From positions 1 to 64,000 of the forward strand of contig JBBDYJ010000040.1 in NCBI GenBank assembly GCA_040901675.1: a DNA stretch of 64,000 bases, given 5' to 3'. This document shows positions 40,140 through 49,171 of the stretch, piece by piece (position 1 is the stretch's first letter; each line of letters starts with the position of its first letter). Position numbers and translations under genes: made by a program. The DNA comes from Pirellulales bacterium. Its GTDB lineage: Bacteria > Planctomycetota > Planctomycetia > Pirellulales > JAICIG01. A model generated the notes under the pieces. The model ran no database searches, was not told where the DNA came from, and saw nothing but the letters and a program-made list of their open reading frames with translations.

Positions 40140-40670
40140 ATGATCGAGCGACCTAGTGAATTGGAGCCCGTCGAAATAAAGAGTGGCGGTGGCATCACGT
40201 CACTTGCCGGTGTCATCGTGACAACAGCGGGTATCGCTGCCCTTTGGGGCATAGCCTCGGTAAGGCCGATGGCTGAGGGCTTTGCGCGGGTTGTGGGGAT
40301 CGTGTTACTCACCTTGCTGGCCGGAGTGTTTTGCGCATGGACCCTGGTGGGCTTGTTTTGGCTGCTCGCCCGCCATAGCGTAAGTATTGATTTCGGCAAT
40401 CAGCGCATTGTCACGCGAGCGGGGCTGCCGTTCGTCCACTTGCGGACGAAGACCTATTCAGCATCCGTGTTCGACTCAGTCGTGCTTAGCTGTGGGAGGA
40501 CACGCGGGCTCTTTGCCAGTAGCTTTGATTGTGATATTTTCATCCGGGGTCCCGAAACTACAATCCCTCTGCGGATGGGGATTGACAAGTACAATATAGC
40601 TCTGGCCGAAGCAGAGCGAATTGCAGGTGCTCTCGGTCTGCGTGTTGCCGAAGAGCGCGCAAGCAATTGA
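40140..40670 (+). CDS. Hypothetical membrane protein (2 TM + soluble domain)
   Basis: Two N-terminal hydrophobic helices; ends AERIAGALGL; atypical codon usage. Confidence 0.6.
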   Translation: MIERPSELEPVEIKSGGGITSLAGVIVTTAGIAALWGIASVRPMAEGFARVVGIVLLTLLAGVFCAWTLVGLFWLLARHSVSIDFGNQRIVTRAGLPFVHLRTKTYSASVFDSVVLSCGRTRGLFASSFDCDIFIRGPETTIPLRMGIDKYNIALAEAERIAGALGLRVAEERASN

Positions 40671-40692
40671 AGCGTCACGTTTCCTCCTCCGT

Positions 40693-40730
40693 TGTCAAGG
40701 GGCGCTTAAAACCAGCCATTTTGAGGAGAG
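40693..40730 (+). mobile_element. Possible isolated IS21-family end
   Basis: TGTCAAGGGGCGCTTAAAACCAGCCA resembles IS21-type termini (recalled, not searched); no istA/istB nearby. Confidence 0.4.
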
Positions 40731-40805
40731 GACGGTTTGTCGTCTAACCTCGTTCGCGGGCAGGACCGTTCAAAGGTTCCAGGGCGGGAAAAACGGGACA
40801 GGTCT

Positions 40806-42251
40806 GAATGCCATGAAGATAAGGCACAAGGGCCGGACTTGACTGCGGTTAGCGATGCTAGCATCGAACGTGCTTGCGGTGCTAGCGAGGGACGCGCATA
40901 AGAACGGGCCTCCTGTCAGAATGTGGGTGTAAACATTCCTCACCCCAACAGGAGACCCTGAACATGCATGTCAGTATCGTCGAGGCGGTAACGCGGATCA
41001 AGCGGAACGTGGCGGAGTCGTTGTCGGCCGAATCGATTGAGCAAGCCTGCCGCCAGGCGAAACACTCGTGGCGTCGTCGTGACTTGGGACCCGCGAAAAC
41101 CGCGTGGACGTTTCTTAGGAACGGCCGAAAAATAACTTCCCGATTTCGCGAGTGCTAGCATCAGGTGCCCAGCACGGCGTCTTTGCTATATGCGGAAGTT
41201 ATTTTTCGGCCGTTCCTTATCCAGGTGTTACACGGCAACACGGCTTGTGAGCACGCCGTTCGATTGGCCGGTCTGTCGTGTTCCGCCAGTGCCTATTGCC
41301 AAGCGCGAAGTCGCTTGCCGCTGGCCGTCTGGGAGCGGCTACTCGAAGACACGACCCTGGCCGCGCGGGGTACATGGCGTCTGCCCCTCTGGCATGGGCA
41401 TCGCACCTTTTGGATCGATGGCTCGAGCACGTCGATGGCCGACACGCCCGCGTTGCAAGAGCACTTCGGCCAACCCGGTGGCCAGCAAGCAGGTTGCGGC
41501 TTTCCAGTGGCGCGCCTGTGGGGCATGTTCGATGCGCGGAGCGGACTGCTGGTCAAGTTGCTGGTGTCGCCGCTGCGCACGCACGAGGGTTCTCAGGTGA
41601 CGCGGTTCCATTCTGAGTTGCGCTCCGGGGACCTGATCGTGGGCGATCGAGCGTTCGCTTCCTATGCCCATTTGGCCCTGCTTTCGGGGCGAAAACTGCA
41701 CGGCTTGTTCCGCGTCCATCAGCGGCAATTGGTGAGCTTCCGAAAGGACCGCAAGCTGATCGGCAAGCAACCCCGGGGCACCGTCGCCTTGTACGCCACG
41801 AGCCGATTGATCCGCAAGCTGGGCAAATACGATCAAATCGTCGAGTACAGCAAACCGGAGAACCGCCCGACCTGGATGAGCGAGGGCGAGTTTGCAACGG
41901 TGCCCGAGTCAATCATCGTCCGCGAGTTGCGCTTTCGCACCAAGACCAAGGGCTGCCGCACGCGCGAGATTACCCTGGTCACCACGCTGTTAGATCCCGA
42001 TCGATATACGAGCGCCGAATTGATCGCGTTGTACCGGACGCGATGGGAAGTCGAAACCAACTTCGCGCACCTGAAGACCACCATGCGCATGGACGTGCTG
42101 CGCTGCCAGACCGTCGATGGCGTGCTCAAGGAACTGCACGTGTTCGCGCTGGTCTACAACCTGGCGCGGCTCGTCATGCTTTCTGCCGCAAGTACGCAAC
42201 GAGTGCCCTTGGCTCGCGTCAGCTTTGTGGCGGCCTTGCGCTGGCTGACGA
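40806..42251 (+). mobile_element. Degenerate IS4-family element
   Basis: Candidate left end GAATGCCATGAAGATAAG; DDE transposase; no right end recognised. Confidence 0.7.
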
Positions 42252-42331
42252 TTCAAAGGTTCCAGGAACCGATACGAGCGGCGAGCAGACACCGTCGAAC
42301 TCGGCGGCACCGACGTCGAGCGCATCATTGA
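40964..42331 (+). pseudogene. IS4-family transposase, interrupted by a MITE and apparently 3'-truncated
   Basis: SAYCQARSRL, IDGS, GDRAF and LYRTRWEVETNFAHLK; both ORF halves are in the same frame, with a stop at 41156-41158 inside the insertion. Confidence 0.85.
41118..41216. mobile_element. 99-bp MITE (IS5-like ends)
   Basis: Perfect 23-bp TIR GGAACGGCCGAAAAATAACTTCC; TTA duplicated at 41115-41117 and 41217-41219. Confidence 0.9.
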
Positions 42332-42530
42332 CCGGGCCGCCCTCTTATTAACCGACCCAGCAACCAGCAACGACTTCTTACTTCTGGCCCTTAAATCACC
42401 GAAAACTCGGAAACAACTCAAATGCAGGGCTCGGTGGCCAGTGGTCAGTGGCTGGAGCGGGAAGGCAGCAGGCAATCAGAAACCAGCAACAACCGTTGCC
42501 GAAGTCTTCCCCCGCCGCCTTGTCGCCTTG

Positions 42531-43091
42531 TCACCGTGTCCTCTCGGCCGCGGTGGGCTGGACGAATTGTTCGTCGAAGAAGTGGCGCAGGGCCTCGGCA
42601 ATCGGCCGGATGGATACCTCGGCGCCTGTCTCGATCAGCCGGGCACGGGAGCAGTTCAGCGCGAAGGCGAGCGTCGCCGTTTCGTTGCCTCGCCTGAATC
42701 GAAGGGCATGCCGCCAACCAGGCTGGCAGTCGCCCGCCACATCCGACCACCCAAAGCTGCGCTCGTCGAGCAGGCTGTTGCGAATGTGGCTGAAACCGGG
42801 CGCCTGGCTCACGTCGGCACGCCGCGCGACGCGGTAAGTCTGGCCCGAGATAATAACCTGATCGGAGGACCCGGCAGACGCCTTTCCATTGCGAGGCGCC
42901 AGCAACAGCGCCTCGGCCGAGGGCGCTCTGAGCATCAACTCGGCGTTGTGGCTGCCCCAAAGCTCCAAGGCCGGCCGCTGCAGCCGCGCGTAGTAAAACC
43001 AACTGCCAATCGCGCCCGCCACGCCCAGCAGCAGCACGGCAATGATCGCGTGCCGGCCCTCGATGAAGTGGATCCGCGGTGGTTCAGACAT
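42531..43091 (-). CDS. Hypothetical membrane-anchored protein
   Basis: N-terminal TM AIIAVLLLGVAGAIGSWFYY; GC3-rich codons. Confidence 0.65.
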   Translation of the reverse strand: MSEPPRIHFIEGRHAIIAVLLLGVAGAIGSWFYYARLQRPALELWGSHNAELMLRAPSAEALLLAPRNGKASAGSSDQVIISGQTYRVARRADVSQAPGFSHIRNSLLDERSFGWSDVAGDCQPGWRHALRFRRGNETATLAFALNCSRARLIETGAEVSIRPIAEALRHFFDEQFVQPTAAERTR

Positions 43092-43112
43092 GGTCGCCCC
43101 ACGCAACGAAGA

Positions 43113-43147
43113 ACTGGGGCACGCTGACGCTTTGCCGCCAGCCACCC
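43113..43147. repeat. REP family A copy
   Basis: actggggcacgctgacgctttgccgccagccaccc matches 9909-9942. Confidence 0.7.
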
Positions 43148-43163
43148 ACCACGCTGGTGTTCT

Positions 43164-44375
43164 TCATCCTTCCATTGCTCCGGACTGACGGAGGGCCTGG
43201 ATCGCCTCGGCCGTGTAGCCGAGCCAGTCGCGGAGCACCTCGTCGCTGTGCTGCCCGACTTCAGGCGGCGCGGAGGCGTGCCGCGCCGGTTCGCCACTCC
43301 AATGTACCGCGCCGCCTAACAGGGGATAGGACCGGCCCTGGGCGTCGGTGACCGGAAGCACCATCTGCCGGGCGGCCATCTGGGGCGAGGCGAGCACCTG
43401 GTCCAGCGAGAGCACCTCGGTGTGCGGCACGTCGGCCGACGTCAGCAGCTCGCGCCAGGCCGCCGTGGTCCGCTCGGCAAGTAGTTCGCGCAGGCGGGGA
43501 ACCAGGGAATCGCGGTGCTGGACGCGGGCCGGGTTGGTCGCGAAGCGGGGGTCGAAGGCCCAGTCAGGCCGGCCGGCCGCCTGGCAGAATCGCTGCCACT
43601 GGCGGTCGGCGCCGACGGCCAGCACGATGTGCCCGTCGGCCGTGGCGAAGGACTCGTAAGGCACGATCTGGGGGTGGGCATTGCCGTAACGGCGCGGCGG
43701 CTCACCGGTGAGCAGCGCGGCCTGGGCCACGTTGACCAGGCTGGCCAACGTGCAGTCGGCCAGCGCCAGGTCGAAGGCCCAGCCGGCCTTGCCCTTCCCG
43801 CGGGCAACCAGGCCGGCCAGCGCGGTGACGGCGGCGTACAAGCCGGTGATGACGTCGGTGATGGCCACGCCCACCTTCATCGGCGCTGCGTCCGGTTCGC
43901 CGGTGATCGACATCAGTCCGAACTCGGCCTGCATCATCAGATCGTAGCCGGGCACGTCGGCCAGCGGACTGGTGCGGCCATACCCGGAAATCGAACAGAC
44001 GACGAGCTGGGGATTCAGTTGCCGGAGCCGATCGGACTGAAGGCCGAACCGTTCCAGTGATGCGGGCAAAAAGTTCTCGACGAGCACGTCGGCCTGCCGC
44101 AGCAGGTCGTCGAGCAGCGGGCGGCTGGCCGGATGGTCGAGCGCCAAGGCCAGCGAGCGCTTGCCGCGGTTGGTCGACAGATAGTAGGCGCTTGGGCCGC
44201 CACCGTCGACGAACGGGGGCCCCCATTGCCGGGTATCGTCGCCGCTGCCGGGCCGCTCGACCTTGACCACGTCGGCCCCCAGGTCGGCCAGGAGCTGCGT
44301 GCAGAAGGGGCCGGCCAGGATCCGCGAAAGATCGAGGACCTTGACTCCTTGGAGTGGATAAGCGGGCTGGTTCAT
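43164..44375 (-). CDS. CaiB/BaiF family III CoA-transferase
   Basis: VLDLSRILAGP, ADVVKVERP, NRGKRS, ENFLP and PGYDLMMQA. Confidence 0.93.
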   Translation of the reverse strand: MNQPAYPLQGVKVLDLSRILAGPFCTQLLADLGADVVKVERPGSGDDTRQWGPPFVDGGGPSAYYLSTNRGKRSLALALDHPASRPLLDDLLRQADVLVENFLPASLERFGLQSDRLRQLNPQLVVCSISGYGRTSPLADVPGYDLMMQAEFGLMSITGEPDAAPMKVGVAITDVITGLYAAVTALAGLVARGKGKAGWAFDLALADCTLASLVNVAQAALLTGEPPRRYGNAHPQIVPYESFATADGHIVLAVGADRQWQRFCQAAGRPDWAFDPRFATNPARVQHRDSLVPRLRELLAERTTAAWRELLTSADVPHTEVLSLDQVLASPQMAARQMVLPVTDAQGRSYPLLGGAVHWSGEPARHASAPPEVGQHSDEVLRDWLGYTAEAIQALRQSGAMEG

Positions 44376-44462
44376 GACTTCCCCCGGGGCTGGCCGGTAG
44401 TATACTGGCGGGATCCCGCGAAACCGACAACTCTGAATAGATATTGATACTGAGCGAGTCCC

Positions 44463-44684
44463 ATGGCCAACGCCTTCGATCCGTATCGTGAAGCCCTGGT
44501 GGTCGAGACCATGACGATCTGGCCCGAAGAGTACGATGCCTGGGAGGCGGCCGACCGGCAGCGGATCGAAGAGCGGCTGCACGCCGACCCGAAGTCGGCC
44601 GCCGAAATGGATTACATCCGGCTGCACACCGGTTTCTGCCGCCAGATTACGGTCACGCCGGCCGACCTGGAGAGGATCCAGTGA
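44463..44684 (+). CDS. Small hypothetical protein
   Basis: 73 aa; GC3-rich codons; GTGA overlap with aroB. Confidence 0.7.
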   Translation: MANAFDPYREALVVETMTIWPEEYDAWEAADRQRIEERLHADPKSAAEMDYIRLHTGFCRQITVTPADLERIQ

Positions 44685-45769
44685 GCGCCGCCGCCGAGGT
44701 GCGCGTGCGTCTGGCGGGCCGCGAATACTCGATTGAAATCGGCACCGGCAACGTGGCGCGCGCCGGCCGGTTGGTGACTGCCGGCCGCAAGGCGACCCAG
44801 GCAATCGTCGTCACCGACGAGCATGTGCACGAACCGCACGCCGCGGCGGTTGCCCAGAGCCTGGCGGAGGAAGGCCTGACCGTCGACATTCTGGCGATCG
44901 AGGCGGGCGAGAGCAGCAAGTCGGTCGAGATGGCCGACCGCCTCTGGCAGAAGTTTTTGGACCTGGGCGCGGACCGGCAGACAATCGTCGTCGCGGTGGG
45001 GGGCGGCGTGGTCGGCGACCTGGCGGGGTTCGTGGCGGCTACGTATGCCCGCGGCTTGCCGCTGGTGCAGGTGCCGACGACGCTCCTGGCGCAGGTCGAC
45101 AGCTCGATCGGCGGCAAGGTGGCCGTGAACCTTCCGGGGGCCAAGAACCTGGTGGGGGCGTTCTGGCAGCCGTTGGCGGTGCTGGTGGACACCGAGGTGC
45201 TCTCGACATTGCCCGACCGGGAGTATCGCTCCGGCCTGGCGGAAGTGGTCAAATATGGCGTGGTCCTGGACGCCGAATTGTTTGCGTATCTGGAGGCGCA
45301 CGTGGAGCCGCTGCTCGGCCGCCGGCACGACGTGCTGCGGCACGTGGTTCGGCGCTGCTGCCAACTGAAGGCTGACGTGGTCGCCGCCGACGAGCGGGAC
45401 GAGAGCGGGCTGCGGGCGGTGCTCAACTATGGACACACCTTCGGCCATGCCTTCGAATCGCTCACCGGTTACAGCGCGCTGTTGCACGGCGAGGCGGTGG
45501 CCGCCGGTATGCTGTGCGCGTCGCGGCTGGCCGAGCGGCTGGGCCGCGTCGACCAAACGTTCACCGGCCGGCAGCGGGACTTGCTGACGGCACTGGGGCT
45601 GAGCGTTGCACCGCCGGGAGTGGACCACGAGCAAGTGCTGTTGATAATGACTCGCGACAAAAAGGCGGAGCATGGGCGGCTGCGGTTTGTGCTCCCCAGC
45701 CGGATGGGGCAGGCGGAGCTGGTCGACGACGTGTCGGCGGACGACGTGCGTGGGGCGCTGGCCGAGTGA
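44681..45769 (+). CDS. aroB: 3-dehydroquinate synthase
   Basis: GGGVVGDLAGF, PTTLLAQVDSSIGGK, KNLVGAF, LNYGHTFGHA and LHGEAV. Confidence 0.96.
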   Translation: MSAAAEVRVRLAGREYSIEIGTGNVARAGRLVTAGRKATQAIVVTDEHVHEPHAAAVAQSLAEEGLTVDILAIEAGESSKSVEMADRLWQKFLDLGADRQTIVVAVGGGVVGDLAGFVAATYARGLPLVQVPTTLLAQVDSSIGGKVAVNLPGAKNLVGAFWQPLAVLVDTEVLSTLPDREYRSGLAEVVKYGVVLDAELFAYLEAHVEPLLGRRHDVLRHVVRRCCQLKADVVAADERDESGLRAVLNYGHTFGHAFESLTGYSALLHGEAVAAGMLCASRLAERLGRVDQTFTGRQRDLLTALGLSVAPPGVDHEQVLLIMTRDKKAEHGRLRFVLPSRMGQAELVDDVSADDVRGALAE

Positions 45770-45832
45770 GCCTCGAGGGCTCGCGCGATGTGTGCGATCG
45801 GGGCCACGACAAGCCTGCGATTCAATCCACCC

Positions 45833-46990
45833 ATGATCGACGACGACGCTCCGATCGGCCCGGCCGGCGACTCGCGCCCAGAGCAGGCGGGTGACGAACT
45901 GTCCGACACGCTGCTGCTGTCGCTGGTCACCGGCGTGGGACCGCGGTTGCGCCTGGCCCTGCTGGAACGGTTTGGCACGCCACGGGCGGTCCTGGCCGCC
46001 GCGCCCAGTGAGTTGCGGGCCGTGCCGGGGATCGGGCCCAAGCTGACCAAGGCCCTGGTGCGGGCCCGCGACGAGATCGACGTGGCCGGCGAGATCGACA
46101 TTTGCCGGCGGAGTGGCGTCGCGATGGTCGCCCAATCCGACAGCGAGTATCCCCGGCTGTTGCGTGAGATCCACGACCCGCCCGCCGTCCTCTACGTCAA
46201 GGGGCGGATTGCACCGGCCGATGCCGTGGCGGTTGCCATCGTCGGCTCGCGGCATGGCACGCACTACGGCATTGCCCAGGCCGAACGGCTGGCCAGCAGC
46301 TTGGCGCACGCGGGGCTGACGATTGTGAGCGGCCTGGCCCGCGGCATCGACGCGGCCGCGCATCGCGGGGCGCTGGCCGCCGGCGGGCGGACGCTGGCCG
46401 TGCTGGGCAGCGGCATCCTGAACGTTTACCCGCCGGAGCACCAGCCGCTGGCGGCCGAAGTGATCGACAGCGGGGCATTGATCAGCGAGATGCCAGTCCA
46501 CTCGGCGCCCTCCAGCGCCAGTTTTCCCCAGCGGAACCGTTTGATCAGCGGACTGTCGCTGGGCGTGATCGTGGTCGAGGCCTCGGACCGCAGCGGCGCG
46601 TTGATCACGGCCCGCCATGCCATGGAGCAGGGGCGCGAGGTGTTCGCCGTGCCGGGCCGGGTCGACAGCCGCCTTTCGCACGGTTGCCACCGCCTGATCC
46701 GCGACGGCGCCAAGCTGGTCGAGACGGCCGACGACGTGCTGGAGGAGCTTGGCCCATTGGTCGAAGCCGCCGAGCGGCCCGACGGCCGCGCGATCCACCA
46801 CCCGGCCGAGCTCTTGTTGAATCCTTTGGAGCAGCAGGTGCTGGATGCGATTCGGGTCGATCCGACCCCGATCGACGAGGTGATCTCGACCAGCCGGCTG
46901 GCCGCGCCGCAGGTGCTGGCCACGATCAGCGTCTTGGAAATGCGGCGTCTCGTCCGCCGCGTGAGCGGCACTCTGGTGCTGCGGGTGTAG
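45833..46990 (+). CDS. dprA: DNA-processing protein DprA
   Basis: AIVGSR, VSGLARGIDAAAH, FPQRNRLISGLS, SGALITA and GREVFAVPG. Confidence 0.95.
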   Translation: MIDDDAPIGPAGDSRPEQAGDELSDTLLLSLVTGVGPRLRLALLERFGTPRAVLAAAPSELRAVPGIGPKLTKALVRARDEIDVAGEIDICRRSGVAMVAQSDSEYPRLLREIHDPPAVLYVKGRIAPADAVAVAIVGSRHGTHYGIAQAERLASSLAHAGLTIVSGLARGIDAAAHRGALAAGGRTLAVLGSGILNVYPPEHQPLAAEVIDSGALISEMPVHSAPSSASFPQRNRLISGLSLGVIVVEASDRSGALITARHAMEQGREVFAVPGRVDSRLSHGCHRLIRDGAKLVETADDVLEELGPLVEAAERPDGRAIHHPAELLLNPLEQQVLDAIRVDPTPIDEVISTSRLAAPQVLATISVLEMRRLVRRVSGTLVLRV

Positions 46991-47047
46991 CTGAAGTCGC
47001 CGGAATCCAGGGGCCCATGCACTCCACCAGAACTCTGGTGAGTTCTG

Positions 47048-47734
47048 CTACTCCCCGCTCTTCCTCATCGTCCAGGTCCAGTGGCGGTCGCTGGTCTGGC
47101 GCACGGTGGCCGGGTCGAAGCCAAGCGCGGTGCAAAGTCCGCGGATCTCGTGGAGGCTGAGCGCGGCCCGCAGCGAGTCGTCGAAGAGTTGCCGCTGCCG
47201 CGCATCGCAGTCGGCCGCGTACAGGTCCACCAGCTCGCGCACCGCGCGGCCGTCGGCCGGGCGCAGCAGATCGCGGACGAACAAGAGTCCGCCGCGGGCC
47301 AGCACGCGGCAGGCGCCGGCGAGCACGTCGCGCGGCTCGGGGATATGGTGGACGATGCTGTTGGAGATGACCGAGGAGAATCGGCCGTCGGCGTACGGCA
47401 AGCGCTTGGCGTCGACGCGATCCAGTCGAATTCGCGCGGCGAGCCCCGCCTGGGCCACGTTGCGCTCGGCCAGCTCGATCATGCTGGCCGCCAGGTCGAC
47501 GGCTAACACCCGGGCCAGCGGCGTTCGCCGGCACAGCTCGATCGGGATGCGGGCCGTCCCCGTGCCCAAGTCGAGGATGTCGGCGAGAACGCTGTCGGGA
47601 TTTTGGCCGGCGGCCGCCAGAAAATCGTCCACGAACAGGCGGTTCACCAACTCGTGGTCCATGGAGTCGTAGGCCTCGGCGTCGGCCGGGCTATCCATCA
47701 CTTCCACTTCCAAGACGCGTGCAATGCGGCTCAT
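47048..47734 (-). CDS. Class I SAM-dependent methyltransferase
   Basis: YDSMDH, ILDLGTGTARIP, SNSIVHHIPEP and VRDLLRP. Confidence 0.85.
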   Translation of the reverse strand: MSRIARVLEVEVMDSPADAEAYDSMDHELVNRLFVDDFLAAAGQNPDSVLADILDLGTGTARIPIELCRRTPLARVLAVDLAASMIELAERNVAQAGLAARIRLDRVDAKRLPYADGRFSSVISNSIVHHIPEPRDVLAGACRVLARGGLLFVRDLLRPADGRAVRELVDLYAADCDARQRQLFDDSLRAALSLHEIRGLCTALGFDPATVRQTSDRHWTWTMRKSGE

Positions 47735-48327
47735 GACTTGACATCGTCCAAGGGCTTTGGTTTGGCCCACCATGCCCAGGCGACGAGCAGCACGGCCAAG
47801 AGTGCATAGCCGGCGGCCATGTGCAGCGGCGTCTGGCCATGGGCTGCCGCGGGCAGGTCGGGCATGTCCCAGGGAATCACCAGCGGGTTGCCGGCCAAGG
47901 GCGAATGAATGACTCCAAACAGGCTGGCCAACGCCGCCACGCCGAAGAACGCGGCCCCTCTCAACAGGCGGCGATCGACGAGGGCAGCCAAACCGGAGGC
48001 CCAGAGAAGGCTGGTCACGATAAAACCGCCCGACAGGATCCGCACGGTTTGCAGCGTCTGAGCCAGCAACAAATTCCGCGGCTGCTCGGCGAGCGCCTCG
48101 ATGCTGGTCCAGGTCAGGGCGAGATCTCCGGCCAGCACGCCCAGGGCGGTTGGGGGGATCATGTAACGCAAGGCAAAAGTTGCATCGAAATCGAAGTGGG
48201 CGGCCAGCAGACCGACCAGCAAGACGAGATTGGCGACGTTATCTAACATGAGTCCAAAAAAGGCGTTAACGTCGCCCGGGGCGGCCCAGTGGTAGCCTTT
48301 CACGGGGGTGCATCCGATGGGGGGCAT
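47731..48327 (-). pseudogene. Internally deleted nucleobase (NCS2/AzgA-like) permease
   Basis: N-terminal GDVNAFFGLMLDN joined in frame to C-terminal GFIVTSLLWA...FGVIHSP; only ~200 aa. Confidence 0.6.
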
Positions 48328-48482
48328 GGAAGTTGCGGATTGGCCGCCATGAGTGTAGGTAGGGTGGATGCGGCCTGTCAATTTGACACCCGGCCGATAG
48401 ATTTTCGCACGTCAAACCGGTTGGTTTTGTTACTATTAAGGAGCGCGTGAGCGGTCCGACCCGCGTGTGGAGGCGCGGGTTT

Positions 48483-48506
48483 GAACTCTCCCCTGCGGGG
48501 TCCGTA
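48483..48506 (+). promoter_or_regulatory. Candidate ECF-type promoter
   Basis: GAAC-N16-CGTA ending 7 nt before the sigma ATG. Confidence 0.3.
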
Positions 48507-48513
48507 GGAATAG

Positions 48514-49167
48514 ATGAGCCGAACGTTCGCCATGAATCGATCCGACGCAGGTCGGGGTGTACCTTGGTCGGAGCGGACCGACGAGGAGTTGCTGGAGATC
48601 TATTGCAAGGACGGCGACCGGCAGGCGTTTGGCGAGTTGGTTCATCGTTATGAGCGGGAACTCTACAGTTATCTGCGGCGTTACCTGGGCGACGCTGTAA
48701 TGGCCGAGGACGCTTTCCAGGCGACATTCCTGCAAGTACATTTGAAATGCGAGCAGTTCGAGGCGGGACGGAAGGTCCGCCCATGGCTATATACGATTGC
48801 CACCAACCAGGCCATCGATGCCCAACGGAGAAACAAGCGGCACCGCATGGTTAGCCTGGATCGGCGGAGCGGCCACGAGGGCGAGGATGACCTTGGCACC
48901 TTGTTGGAACTTCTGGTAAGTAAGGAATCAGGGCCATCGGCCAGGTTGGAGGCGGACGAGCGGAAGCAGTGGGTCCGCCGGGCCGTGAGCGAGTTGCCCG
49001 AACCGTTGTTGAGCGCAGTCACCCTCGTTTATTACCAGGGCCTTAAATATAGAGAAGCGGCGGAAGTGCTCGACGTCCCCGTGGGGACGGTGAAGAGCCG
49101 GTTGCACACAGCCATCCTCAGGCTGAACGAAGCCTGGAACGTTGCCCACTTGTCTGGAGATGTTTAG
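48514..49167 (+). CDS. ECF RNA polymerase sigma factor
   Basis: AEDAFQATFL, PWLYTIATN and YREAAEVLDVPVGTVKSRLH. Confidence 0.93.
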   Translation: MSRTFAMNRSDAGRGVPWSERTDEELLEIYCKDGDRQAFGELVHRYERELYSYLRRYLGDAVMAEDAFQATFLQVHLKCEQFEAGRKVRPWLYTIATNQAIDAQRRNKRHRMVSLDRRSGHEGEDDLGTLLELLVSKESGPSARLEADERKQWVRRAVSELPEPLLSAVTLVYYQGLKYREAAEVLDVPVGTVKSRLHTAILRLNEAWNVAHLSGDV

Positions 49168-49171
49168 CCCC

